Assembly: GCA_964478815.1 (NCBI GenBank)
Contig: CAYZKY010000003.1
Location: 23,442-87,441 of the forward strand
Length of the DNA: 64,000 bases
From: an uncultured Verrucomicrobiota bacterium
GTDB taxonomy: Bacteria > Verrucomicrobiota > Verrucomicrobiia > Limisphaerales > SXQI01
Reading direction: 5' to 3'
The notes beneath the pieces are model-generated. The model was not told the DNA's origin and searched no databases. It worked only from the letters and a program-made list of their open reading frames with translations. Positions within the stretch are counted from its first letter, which is position 1. The number at the start of each line of letters is the position of its first letter. A program made the position numbers and the translations under genes. Positions 27,801 to 36,203 of this stretch are shown piece by piece.

Positions 27801-30800
27801 TTGTAAATCACCCGCTCGTCGTCATAAACGAACGTCGCGTCGAGCGGCTTGTTGCTCGCCTGCTCGCGACGGGTCCAGCGGTCGAGCGTCCGATGGCTGA
27901 CCCAGATGCGGTACATGCCCAACGTGCTGTTCGCCGGGCGCGTCTCGCCGACCCGCACCAACGCTTCCTGCACGGGCGCCGCCGCGGGGAATCGTGCGCT
28001 CGCTCCCACCGAATCGGCCGCTTCCACGTAAAACGCCACCATCGTTCCATTCGTTTGCTCGGGAATTGACGCGCTGTAATAGCCCGCCCCGCTATAGACC
28101 ATCGGCAGGACGCTGTAATTCGTGCTGGGATCGATGCGATACCGCACCGAAACCAGCGCCAGCCCATCCGGATCGTCGACCTGCGCCGACACGCGAATCG
28201 TCTCGCCCGGCGGCGGCAGCACCGGGCTGTGCGTGACATGCGCGATCGCCGGACCGGCATTGGCCACCCGGCGGCTGTTCGCGGCTCCCGGCGTGCCGAG
28301 GTTGGACGGCAAGGCCATCCGCCCCGCCGCTTCCAAATAATTGCCGTGGATGCGCACCAGGATTTCCGGCGTGCCCCGCAGCCATTTCACGTCGGCCCGG
28401 ATGGTGGCGATCATCCCGTTCGTCACGCCTTGCGTCAGCCGGCCTCGAATCCGGTTGGCCGAGGTATCCCCCCGCGCCGCGGCCCGAATGTGCAGCGAGT
28501 TCGGAGTGCCGTTTCCTTCGGTCTGGTTCAGCACCGAGTCATCGTGCGTCCCGCCGGACAGCCAGTCGCGCAAGCCTTGCGTGAAGCCCGCGTTCGAAAC
28601 GAGATTGGTCGTGTTGCCGTCGAGAACCACCTGCACGTTGTCCAGCAGGGCCTCCCCTTTATCCATGAGCAGGACATGGACATTGCGGCTGGGATTGACC
28701 GCCGTAAAGTTTGTCATGCCGTGGTCCAAAATGCCCCGGCGTTCGATCGTGGTCCAAGTGCCCTTGGCCGTCTCATCGCTGTCCGCCCAATTCGAGGCGA
28801 AGGCCGGATCCGCATCCGGATCGACCAGTTCCAGGCTGCTCCCGCCGCCATCGGCCCATTCGCCCCAGCGTCCCCCCGTGCCGTAGGCCACTTCATTGAC
28901 CACCACGTAATCGGTGACGGCCGGGGTCGATCCGGCCGACGGAGTGATCTGCGGCATGCTCAGCGTGATCCGTTCCCCATCGTTCGCCAACTGGCCGTTG
29001 AAATTCCCGAAGCTGTTCGCCGCCGTCAATTGGGGGTGGCTCGCCCGCAGTTTGGCGAGATCCTTCGCCACCACCGCGAACCCGCCCGCCGGGAGCACGG
29101 TGGGAGACGCGAAGGTATGCGAAATGCCATCCCCGAGCCGCCAGCCCCCGATATCCACGGCCTGCCCGCTGCGATTGAACAACTCGACATACTCCAGATC
29201 CCCATCGCCCGAGACCGGATTGTACATGATCTCGTTGATGACCACCGGCGAGAGCCGCCGCTCGCGATTGGCCACCCCCGGCGTGGGAGCCGCCAGCAGC
29301 CGAATCTCCGGGCTTCCATCCGGAAACCGCCCGCTCGCAACGCCCGCCGCCTGCGCCGCAAAACGCAGCGCGGTGATGACATGGGTCTTGATGGGATTCC
29401 GCACGATGATCCGCTCGCCCCCGGAACTCAACGCGAACCCAAGTTGCGTTTCGGTAAAACTGACGTAACCCAGCGCCGGAACCACCGTTCCCGCCGGCAC
29501 CTGGTACTTGTCCGAATTGGGTGTATCGCTGATCCAGACACCCGACAAATCCACCGGTTGGGCGCCATAGTTAAACAACTCGATGAAATCGACCGCCGGA
29601 AGGTCGGAATTCGCCAAAAACTCGTTGATTACAATCCCTTCGTATCCCGTCGGGGCCGCCGGCTCCGCCCGGCCCGGCGATCCTCCGATAAACGAACTCA
29701 CGGACCAGGCGCGAGGATCCTTCTCACCGTAGGTCGGCCTGGAGAGAATCATCGAATGCCCGGCTTCGTCCGCCGCCACCGGCCAGCCTCCCCCGGTGTC
29801 GTAATTCACCTCGAACAAATGCGCTCCGTGCGCATTCTCGAGACGCACCGTGCCCTGTCCATTCGGCAGCGATTCGGCATACCCCCCATACACCCGCGGC
29901 ACTCCGTAAACGATCTGGATATCCGACGGAACCGGCGCCACCACCAGGAACCCGTGCGGCGGAATGAACACGCCATCGGGCAGTGTGTAGTTGATATCGC
30001 CCCGCAGCCGGTACCCGCCGATGGTTTCCGTGAACGGATTGCTGTTATGCAGCTCGATATACTCCAGATTCCGCGCATCCGTCCGCACGGCCGGCGCAAA
30101 CATGATCTCGGAAATCACCAACCCGGACCGCCGGGTCGAGGGCCCCAGGCGTTCCCGGCCGCCATAGACCGTCGCGGTGGGCAGGCTCACCACCTGGTAG
30201 GAAAACTCCGCCCGGCTGTCGGGATCGATCTCATTCGGCTGATCCGCCCGGTCCCGAATGTTGCTCACCACCACCGCATACGATCCGCCGAGGGTCTGAG
30301 GCGAGGTCTGGAGCAGCACGATCTGTCCCGACGGGTCTAATGTCGCTCCCAACACGGTGATGCCGTCGAAAACCTGGTAATTGCTCAACCGGGTGGCGCT
30401 GACCGGATCGACCGGCTTCGAGAATGTGATCGCCACCGCATCGGCCCGGCCCGGGTTTTGGGCGGAGAGGATCAACGGCGCCACCAAGTCCCGATCGACC
30501 GTGAGAACCGCCTCCGTGCTCTGCGCCTGGCCGAACTGATTCACCAACACCACGCGATACCGGCTCCCGCTGTCCGCGATGCGCGTCGCCGGCAGGAACA
30601 AGGTTTGGTTGGTTTCGCCAAGCAGGTCCACGCCGTTGCGCTGCCACTGCGCCTTCACCCCGCTGCGATTCGCGAGCTGAACCGAGAACAAGGCCGGCTG
30701 CCCTTCCGTCACCCGCACATTGGCGGGCTGCCGCGTGATCTGCGGCGGGATCAGCTCCGCCAGGCTGCGCGAACCGGGGATCGGCTCCTCGATCGTTCCA

Positions 30801-31372
30801 TCCGGAAGCTGCCACCGGACCGCCAGATGGTCGGAACCCGTCGTTTCGATCATCAGCGCCTCAATGTAGTACATCCGGTCTGCTTCCAGTTGAAGCGGCT
30901 GCGACTGTTGGGTGGCCAATTGATCCCAAAACCGGGGCGGCACCGAAAAATCGTTCCACGCGATCTCGCGCTTGTTCGCCGGATCCTCGTCGGTGCTGAG
31001 CCAGAGCTGCGAAGCGAAGTTCGCCGCGATCCAAAACGTATAATCCCCCGTCGTTGGCGGGATCAGATACCCGCGCACCCGCTGCCCATAAAAATCGGCG
31101 TAGTTGGCCGGCGTCTCGAAATCCTCCAGCAGCTCCACCGTCGCGGGCGAATCCGGGAACGAGGGATGATTCAACAATCCGTCGATGCCGTTAAACGCGA
31201 ACACGTTGGTGTACACCTCGCGGATAAACCCGTTCTGGGCATGCGCGGAGGGGGCCAGCAACAGGAACACGGCACAAAGGCTCGCTACGATAAAGGCTTT
31301 ACGACTCAGGGTATTCACAGCTAGGTGCGGGCGAGTCTGAGGAGCGGTCACCGCTTTGTCAAACTCCGACAT
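24872..31372 (-). CDS. Giant (2166 aa) secreted protein with a PA14-like N-terminal domain, Ig-like region, about 7 lamin-tail domains and a CotH kinase-like domain
   Basis: A signal/TM segment is followed by a PA14-like region (YGQRVRGYLIPPTTGDYTFWIAANFASQLWLS). Repeated LTD signatures include VISEIMFAP...YIELHNSNP, VINEFLANS...FIELFNYG, VINEIMYNP...YVELFNRS, VFNEIAYNP...FVELHNTS, WVNELVASN...WVELYNSG and FINEWMASN...WFELYNAG. A CotH-like core lies in the middle (YRIWVSHRT...YNAGALYSGSPFHWGG). Confidence 0.88.
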   Translation of the reverse strand: MSEFDKAVTAPQTRPHLAVNTLSRKAFIVASLCAVFLLLAPSAHAQNGFIREVYTNVFAFNGIDGLLNHPSFPDSPATVELLEDFETPANYADFYGQRVRGYLIPPTTGDYTFWIAANFASQLWLSTDEDPANKREIAWNDFSVPPRFWDQLATQQSQPLQLEADRMYYIEALMIETTGSDHLAVRWQLPDGTIEEPIPGSRSLAELIPPQITRQPANVRVTEGQPALFSVQLANRSGVKAQWQRNGVDLLGETNQTLFLPATRIADSGSRYRVVLVNQFGQAQSTEAVLTVDRDLVAPLILSAQNPGRADAVAITFSKPVDPVSATRLSNYQVFDGITVLGATLDPSGQIVLLQTSPQTLGGSYAVVVSNIRDRADQPNEIDPDSRAEFSYQVVSLPTATVYGGRERLGPSTRRSGLVISEIMFAPAVRTDARNLEYIELHNSNPFTETIGGYRLRGDINYTLPDGVFIPPHGFLVVAPVPSDIQIVYGVPRVYGGYAESLPNGQGTVRLENAHGAHLFEVNYDTGGGWPVAADEAGHSMILSRPTYGEKDPRAWSVSSFIGGSPGRAEPAAPTGYEGIVINEFLANSDLPAVDFIELFNYGAQPVDLSGVWISDTPNSDKYQVPAGTVVPALGYVSFTETQLGFALSSGGERIIVRNPIKTHVITALRFAAQAAGVASGRFPDGSPEIRLLAAPTPGVANRERRLSPVVINEIMYNPVSGDGDLEYVELFNRSGQAVDIGGWRLGDGISHTFASPTVLPAGGFAVVAKDLAKLRASHPQLTAANSFGNFNGQLANDGERITLSMPQITPSAGSTPAVTDYVVVNEVAYGTGGRWGEWADGGGSSLELVDPDADPAFASNWADSDETAKGTWTTIERRGILDHGMTNFTAVNPSRNVHVLLMDKGEALLDNVQVVLDGNTTNLVSNAGFTQGLRDWLSGGTHDDSVLNQTEGNGTPNSLHIRAAARGDTSANRIRGRLTQGVTNGMIATIRADVKWLRGTPEILVRIHGNYLEAAGRMALPSNLGTPGAANSRRVANAGPAIAHVTHSPVLPPPGETIRVSAQVDDPDGLALVSVRYRIDPSTNYSVLPMVYSGAGYYSASIPEQTNGTMVAFYVEAADSVGASARFPAAAPVQEALVRVGETRPANSTLGMYRIWVSHRTLDRWTRREQASNKPLDATFVYDDERVIYNAGALYSGSPFHWGGYNGPLGNFCNYLLIAPEDDLFLGQTDFVLNLPSNIASDSTGVREQVFFWMADQMGQPANYRRYHYLSLNGVDRNAGLVFEDAQQPSSDFIEQWYPNAAEGVLHKIEDWFEYNDTFGFGNLDAELIALTTTNLATGLPELKQERYRWWFRKRAVNDSHHDYSELLRLVEAANTPNQEQFTARLKELIDVDQWMAVMALRHASGDWDAFGYRRGKNMYAYKPTGGKWTLMHWDNAFSFGLGDGTTADLFDVAHFDGTIDKVTQRMFNATIEFRRSYLRALYEIAHGPFVPSRVNPIIDARHQALLANGVPVSPADTVKDWIADRRQYILSQVASVGSGFAITINNGNNFGTNRNTLVLSGNAPVQVKTIQVNGVEYPITWKDITAWEIRVALRPGQNLLRVEGFDQTGQAVGQATDTISVNYTGNPDAFSGRVVFNEIAYNPSNPGAEFVELHNTSRTTAFDLSGNRINGLDFVFDPGTVIVPGGFLVVVGDPVAFGEAYGYTIPIAGSFSGSTLDDEGETLSLISADGQTVLAAVRYDSVAPWPSGPLGAPVSLQVVDPAQDTTRVGNWAMHVGNATPGAANSVRASFTPFPRLWVNELVASNLNGPADAAGDRDPWVELYNSGATAVSLTGMYLTDDYAQPTKWAFPAGASIAPGQFVVVWLDNEPGESTPAQWHANFRLPAGTGSVGLAGLQNGQPVVFDYISYEALPAARAYGAYPDGQAVLRQLFFTATPGAANNASPGPVSVFINEWMASNVSTIPDPDDGDYDDWFELYNAGAGAVDLSGYSLTDDLERPGQFVIPNGVTIPAGGYLLVWADSESADNGDLHASFRLSAEGDTIGLFAPNGTLVDSVTFGEQDGDESMGRVPNGGAEIQTLAVPTPGTANGGTPAAGLRFSAVAAANGTLTMTWVSEAATSYRIEYKAELADAAWTALTTVNATGASSTATDTINQARRFYRIVEL

Positions 31373-31562
31373 CGAAATGTCACGTTAATTTCTCTTGCCA
31401 CCCCGGCGGGCAACTCCTTCCGCGCTATCGGTTTGCGCCGAACCTGCCGATTAGGCAACCTATGACGATGCAGAACACCAGTAGCGTACCGTGCCCCCCA
31501 AGCTTGTCGCAGCCTGGCGTGAACCCCGCCCGCCGGGCGCAGTCGTCCTGGAGCCGCCGCGC

Positions 31563-32804
31563 ATGAAGAAACTCGTTGCCCTAGGCGCGGTCGCGGTCGC
31601 GGTTGCCGCAGGAACAGTCGTTGCGCTGCTTTGGCTCCGCCCCACCGCCGTAACCCCGCTCGCGCCGCTCGCTCCTGATCGACCCGCTGCCGCGCCATCG
31701 ACCGTCGGCCCGGCGGCCTCCAAGCCAAGCCCGGCCGCGCCAACCACCCACTCAGGCTCCCCCGGCGCGAACCTCGCCGCATCTCTCCGCGCCCTCGCCG
31801 CCGAGGTGAACAACCGTGCCGATGAATTCATCGCGACCATGTCCGCCGCCGAGATCGAACTCGCCCTCAATCATGTCTGGAACCAGGAGGGCAATCGCGA
31901 TCTCCCCCATCTCCTGCTCCGCCGCTGGACCGAGGAATCTCCCACCGACGCCGGCGCCTGGCTCCTGAAGCAGCCTCCCAGCCCGAACCGCCGCGACGGC
32001 GCCGCCACGCTCGCCACCGTCTGGGCCAATGTCGATTCCGCGGCCGCCACCGCCTGGGCCCGCCAATTGCCGGCCGAAGAAATGGAAAGCAGCGTCCTCG
32101 CCATCGGCTACGAACTCGCCCGTTCTTCGCCCAAGGACGCCCTCTGGCTCGCCGCGGCCTTGCCCTCCAACGAATCCCGCAACGGCCTGATCGATCACGC
32201 CATCAGCCAATGGGCCGTTCAGGAGCCCGAAGCGCCAGCCGATTGGGCCGCGCAAATCCCCGCCTCGCCCCTGCGCGACCAAGTCTTCGCCCGCCTCGCC
32301 ACCTCCATGAGCGAGACCGATCCCATTGCCGCCGCCGATCTGGCCCTCGAACACCTCGCGCCCGGCCCGCAGCAAAACGACGCCATCGTCGGCGTCGTCC
32401 AACGCTGGACCCAGCGCGCCCCCTCCGAAGCCGCCGAATGGGTGCGCCAATTCCCCGAAGGCGAATTGCAAGCCACCGCCATCGAAAATGTCCTTCAGCT
32501 CTGGGCCGGCCAGGATGCATCAGGCGCCGGGAACTGGCTCAACGATCTCGACCCCAGCCCCCTGCGCGACGCCGCCCTCTCCGCCTATGCCGGCCAGCTC
32601 GCGGCTTCCGACGCGCGTGGAGCCATCGATTGGGCCGCCAAGATCGAAGATCAAGCCCGCCGCGCCGGCGAACTCGAACGTCTCGGAGCCCGCTGGATCG
32701 CCAGCGACCGCGCCGCGGCCCGCTCCTGGGTGCAAACCGCCCCGCTGCCGGACGACGCCCGGCAACGCCTCCTGGCCATCCCCGAACTCCGCCGCGAAGA
32801 GTAG
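31563..32804 (+). CDS. Secreted or membrane-anchored alpha-helical repeat protein, function unknown
   Basis: The start is placed at MKKLVALGAVAVAVAAGTVVALLWL (the track ORF begins at 31491). The body is made of degenerate ~40-aa units ending in A-x2-W (AGAWLL, ATAWAR, PADWAA, AAEWVR, AGNWLN, AIDWAA, ARSWVQ). Confidence 0.6.
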   Translation: MKKLVALGAVAVAVAAGTVVALLWLRPTAVTPLAPLAPDRPAAAPSTVGPAASKPSPAAPTTHSGSPGANLAASLRALAAEVNNRADEFIATMSAAEIELALNHVWNQEGNRDLPHLLLRRWTEESPTDAGAWLLKQPPSPNRRDGAATLATVWANVDSAAATAWARQLPAEEMESSVLAIGYELARSSPKDALWLAAALPSNESRNGLIDHAISQWAVQEPEAPADWAAQIPASPLRDQVFARLATSMSETDPIAAADLALEHLAPGPQQNDAIVGVVQRWTQRAPSEAAEWVRQFPEGELQATAIENVLQLWAGQDASGAGNWLNDLDPSPLRDAALSAYAGQLAASDARGAIDWAAKIEDQARRAGELERLGARWIASDRAAARSWVQTAPLPDDARQRLLAIPELRREE

Positions 32805-32838
32805 CCGCCGGACCCCGCCGCGCCGCCCGGAATTCGCG

Positions 32839-33606
32839 CTACCACCAAAACGACGGGCTGCCCGTCGTCCGAATCACCATCTTCTCGAACTTCTTCCACG
32901 CCGTGTGCCCGTCCAGATACGCGATGTTCCCGCCCGCGGGCATTTTCCCGGTGCGATCCAGATGCGCCGACTGATGCCCCGCCCAGCCGCCGTTGATCTT
33001 GATGTACTGGTTGCGCGTGCGATCCCGTTCATTCTCCCCGTTCGAGATCGTCGCATCCGCGATCATCTCCCGCTCGCTCGGCCCCTGCGTCACTTCCTCC
33101 GTCCCGACCTTGAACGTCTTCGAAGTTACCGCATCGTTAATGTTCGTCGCCCGGATCCGTCCAGCCTGCGGAAAACTCATCGCGTAACCGATCACCCGGT
33201 AGCCCGTCCCTCTCGCCGTGTTGGACGTAAACCGCCACAGCTCCTCATTGTCCTGCTTCTGGAACGATGGGCAGTACATCATGTGCCGCGAGGTCCCGCT
33301 CTTCAGGAGCGCCTGCGCCACGTTCTCCGGCATGTCCCACGGCCAGTACCCCGGCGCTTTCGAAGCATCCAGCAGGATCGGCAGCTTGTCGTTGTAATCC
33401 GTCGCATACATCATCGTCGCCAGCGCGAACTGCCGCAGGTTGCTGTTGCATTTCACCACGATGGCCTTCGATTTCGCCCGCGCCAGCGCCGGCAATAACA
33501 TGCTCGCCAGAATCGCGATAATCGCGATCACGACCAGCAGCTCGATCAGGGTGAATCCAGAGCTGCGGCCACGCGCAACTCGGAACGGGAATGGGCGGTT
33601 CAACAT
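32839..33606 (-). CDS. Prepilin-type N-terminal cleavage/methylation domain protein (DUF1559-like pseudopilin)
   Basis: N-terminus [32 protein letters not shown] and C-terminal [11 protein letters not shown]. Confidence 0.85.
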   Translation of the reverse strand: MLNRPFPFRVARGRSSGFTLIELLVVIAIIAILASMLLPALARAKSKAIVVKCNSNLRQFALATMMYATDYNDKLPILLDASKAPGYWPWDMPENVAQALLKSGTSRHMMYCPSFQKQDNEELWRFTSNTARGTGYRVIGYAMSFPQAGRIRATNINDAVTSKTFKVGTEEVTQGPSEREMIADATISNGENERDRTRNQYIKINGGWAGHQSAHLDRTGKMPAGGNIAYLDGHTAWKKFEKMVIRTTGSPSFWW

Positions 33607-34085
33607 AAATGTTTATGGGTTAAATCAGAATTTGCGGCGCAAACCCAAAACGCAAGTGTGCGTTTATTCGCACAGCGGCCTTTCGCACGCCACCCGACCC
33701 CCCACCCGAACATTCTTGCCGGGCTGCAATTTTGAGAATCTCCCCCTCCCCTCTCTCCAAACCCTCCCCGCCTCGCCAACCCCCGCCCGGCCACCCATCC
33801 CCCACCCCGCTATGCCCCTTGGCCCCAAGACCTTGCGCCGCCGCCCGCCACCCCGCCCCCGGACGCCTGTCGCGCTCGAACTAATGGAATCCCTGTTGCT
33901 TTTGGGATTGGTATCGATTCTGCTCAGGAAATACCCGTGACTCGGTTCGGACAAACCACTTTTGCAAGCTCGAGTCCGCCTGCTCCCGGGGCCCCGTTGG
34001 CCCATGGGAAGCCTGCGCGTTGCCCTCGAGCCTGCCCCGCCCGGCTTCCCTGGAAGCCCCGTCCCGCCGTGCCCCGCCCCGGCCT

Positions 34086-34592
34086 ATGAAACCCATCGAT
34101 GTCCTTCCCCCGGGCGAACGCAGCATCCTGAATCGGATTGCTCTGTCCTTCCGCATGAACCGCTTGCGCAAGGAATACGAAACGAACTGCCCGGCCAGCC
34201 TCCCCGTCGCCCGCCGCCTCCTCCTCCATTTCTCCTACCTCGAGCTCTACTGGTCCCGCATCGCCGCCTACCAGGACGCCTCCGGCCTCGAAACCGCCAA
34301 TTTCACCCCCGCCGAACAATTCTACCGCATCGTCGTCCTCACCGAGATCGCCCGCCAGGATGTCCGGCGCAGCGCCGGCCTTATCAAAGGCCTCTCCAAC
34401 GACTTCGCCGCCTACGACCAGGCCTGCCGCTCCCTCTCCCACGAACTCAACCCCTTCGAGTTCGCCGAACGCTGCGGCCAGTGCCACCAACTCGCCGCCG
34501 AGATCAACGCCACCCACTTCGGCGCCCAGCCCGTCATGCGCTGGCGCAACGAAGAACAAGTCGAAACCGCCTTCTACGTCAAACGGCGCTAG
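34086..34592 (+). CDS. Hypothetical protein (168 aa), first gene of the NTPase-TPR cluster
   Basis: The ORF has normal-looking, non-repetitive composition (MKPIDVLPPGERSILNRIALSFRMNRLRKEYETNC...). I recognise no motif. The track start at 34020 adds a Pro/Arg-rich leader that I consider unlikely. Confidence 0.5.
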   Translation: MKPIDVLPPGERSILNRIALSFRMNRLRKEYETNCPASLPVARRLLLHFSYLELYWSRIAAYQDASGLETANFTPAEQFYRIVVLTEIARQDVRRSAGLIKGLSNDFAAYDQACRSLSHELNPFEFAERCGQCHQLAAEINATHFGAQPVMRWRNEEQVETAFYVKRR

Positions 34593-34826
34593 CGCGCTCG
34601 AAGCCCGCGCTTGATAACTCTCTGCCGCGGTTGCTCGGAACTGCCCCAGCTCTCCAGATCGTAAAAAGATTACGTTGCATCCGCCTGCTCGCAACGCCCG
34701 CTCCCCCCGGCCAACAATCCCCGATCACGTCCCCTCCACCGTCCTCCAGCCCTGCGCATCCTCGCACCTGTGCGCGTGAAATCCTTGCGACTTCCATCCC
34801 CTGCGTGCTTCAATCCCGCATCGATC

Positions 34827-36203
34827 ATGCTTCGACCCGCGAAAAAACTGCGTGAGATTCGCCAGCTCTGCCACCTGCGCTCCCTGAAGGGAGAAGAGCT
34901 GGATGCGCTCTTTGTTGAAACAGGCGATGCCCGCGATGCCGAACAAAGCGTTCGGCAGACTATCCGCTCCGCGTTGGACGATGACTCGCCCCAGCGCCTC
35001 CTCCTGTGCGGCCATCGCGGGTGCGGTAAAAGCACCGAATTGGCCAAGCTGGTCAAGGAGCTGGGCGCAGGCTGGCTTTGCGTTACTTTTTCGATTGTCG
35101 AGGACCTCCCGCCAGTGGGTGTTCTAGCCGAGGAAATACTCCTCGCCATTGCCCATCGACTCGTTCAGGCCGCCGCAACGGAAAAACTCCAGGCTCTCGA
35201 CACCGATCCTCGCATCAAAGCCATCGATGAATGGTTTCGAGCCATCACCAAGACCGAGACACGCAACCGCGAGAGTAGCGTTGAAGCGAATGCGGCGACC
35301 GAAATCGGCACTGGCGGCCTGCTCGCCGGCCTTTTCAAGGTGTCGACTCGTTTCAGCAGCGATCTCAAATACCGCGGCACCGCCGAAACCAGTGTTGTCG
35401 AGGAAGTCCGCAAGCGCCCGGCCGATCTCATCGAGCAAATCAATCGCCTCGTCGAAAGCATTCAGGAAGCCCTGCATCCCTCCGGCCGGCGCTTGCTCAT
35501 CATCGTCGAAGACCTCGACAAGCTCAGCATTGCCGACGCACACCGCGTCTTTATCCAGAACGGCCAAATGCTGGCCAATATTCGCGCCCACATCATCTAC
35601 ACCATCCCGATTTTCACGTTCACGTCTCCGGATGCCGATGCCATGCGGGCGCTGTTCGACGACGTCTTTTCGCTCCCGATGATTAAGGTCTGCCAGCCGG
35701 GCGGTGCCAAAGCGGAGCAGGGCTTCGACGTCATTCGGAAGATTGTCGACCGCCGCATCGATCCGGGCGCGCTGGATCGTGATGCGTTGGAACTGCTCAT
35801 CGAAAAGACCGGCGGAGTCCTCCGTCACATCTTTGAGGTTCTCCAAACTGTCACCAGCATGACCCGCCTGCGCGAGCCGCCGATCCGCCGGGAACATATC
35901 ATCTACGGTTTGGGAAGACTTCGCACCCAGTTGGGCATTCAGATCGCATTGCCCCGCCATGTCGACATTCCGGACCTGAACAAAATCGAGCAGCTCTACG
36001 AACGTCTGCGAAATTGCGCCGAGCAATGCCAGAAAGGCAAACCGTGTCCGCCGACCGGTAATCCCATCGATCAGGTCCTCCTTCAAAGTTGCGCCTTGGT
36101 CGAGTATAATGGCGAACGCTGGCTGGGGGTCCATCCCCTGATCATCGATTATCTCAAAGACGTTGGATACGAAGTTCGCGCAGACGCTGGATCCGAAGTT
36201 TGA
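34827..36203 (+). CDS. P-loop NTPase resembling the N-terminal ATPase module of the 1195-aa protein at 5194..8781
   Basis: Walker A LLLCGHRGCGKST (GHRGCGKST at nt 35010-35036). Walker B LLIIVEDLDK (nt 35493-35522). A sensor-1-like strand AHIIYTIP follows. An insert of about 140 aa lies between Walker A and B and contains a short hydrophobic patch GTGGLLAGLF. The first ATG is at 34827; the track uses a GTG at 34770. Confidence 0.8.
   Translation: MLRPAKKLREIRQLCHLRSLKGEELDALFVETGDARDAEQSVRQTIRSALDDDSPQRLLLCGHRGCGKSTELAKLVKELGAGWLCVTFSIVEDLPPVGVLAEEILLAIAHRLVQAAATEKLQALDTDPRIKAIDEWFRAITKTETRNRESSVEANAATEIGTGGLLAGLFKVSTRFSSDLKYRGTAETSVVEEVRKRPADLIEQINRLVESIQEALHPSGRRLLIIVEDLDKLSIADAHRVFIQNGQMLANIRAHIIYTIPIFTFTSPDADAMRALFDDVFSLPMIKVCQPGGAKAEQGFDVIRKIVDRRIDPGALDRDALELLIEKTGGVLRHIFEVLQTVTSMTRLREPPIRREHIIYGLGRLRTQLGIQIALPRHVDIPDLNKIEQLYERLRNCAEQCQKGKPCPPTGNPIDQVLLQSCALVEYNGERWLGVHPLIIDYLKDVGYEVRADAGSEV

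Noticed and set aside
24743-30340. Several long plus-strand ORFs (24743-26410 at 555 aa, 26909-28069 at 386 aa, 28229-30340 at 703 aa) opposite the 2166-aa gene.
   Set aside because: These are antisense shadow ORFs with extreme Arg/His/Pro content and no recognisable motif. The minus-strand frame carries repeated LTD, CotH and PA14 signatures.
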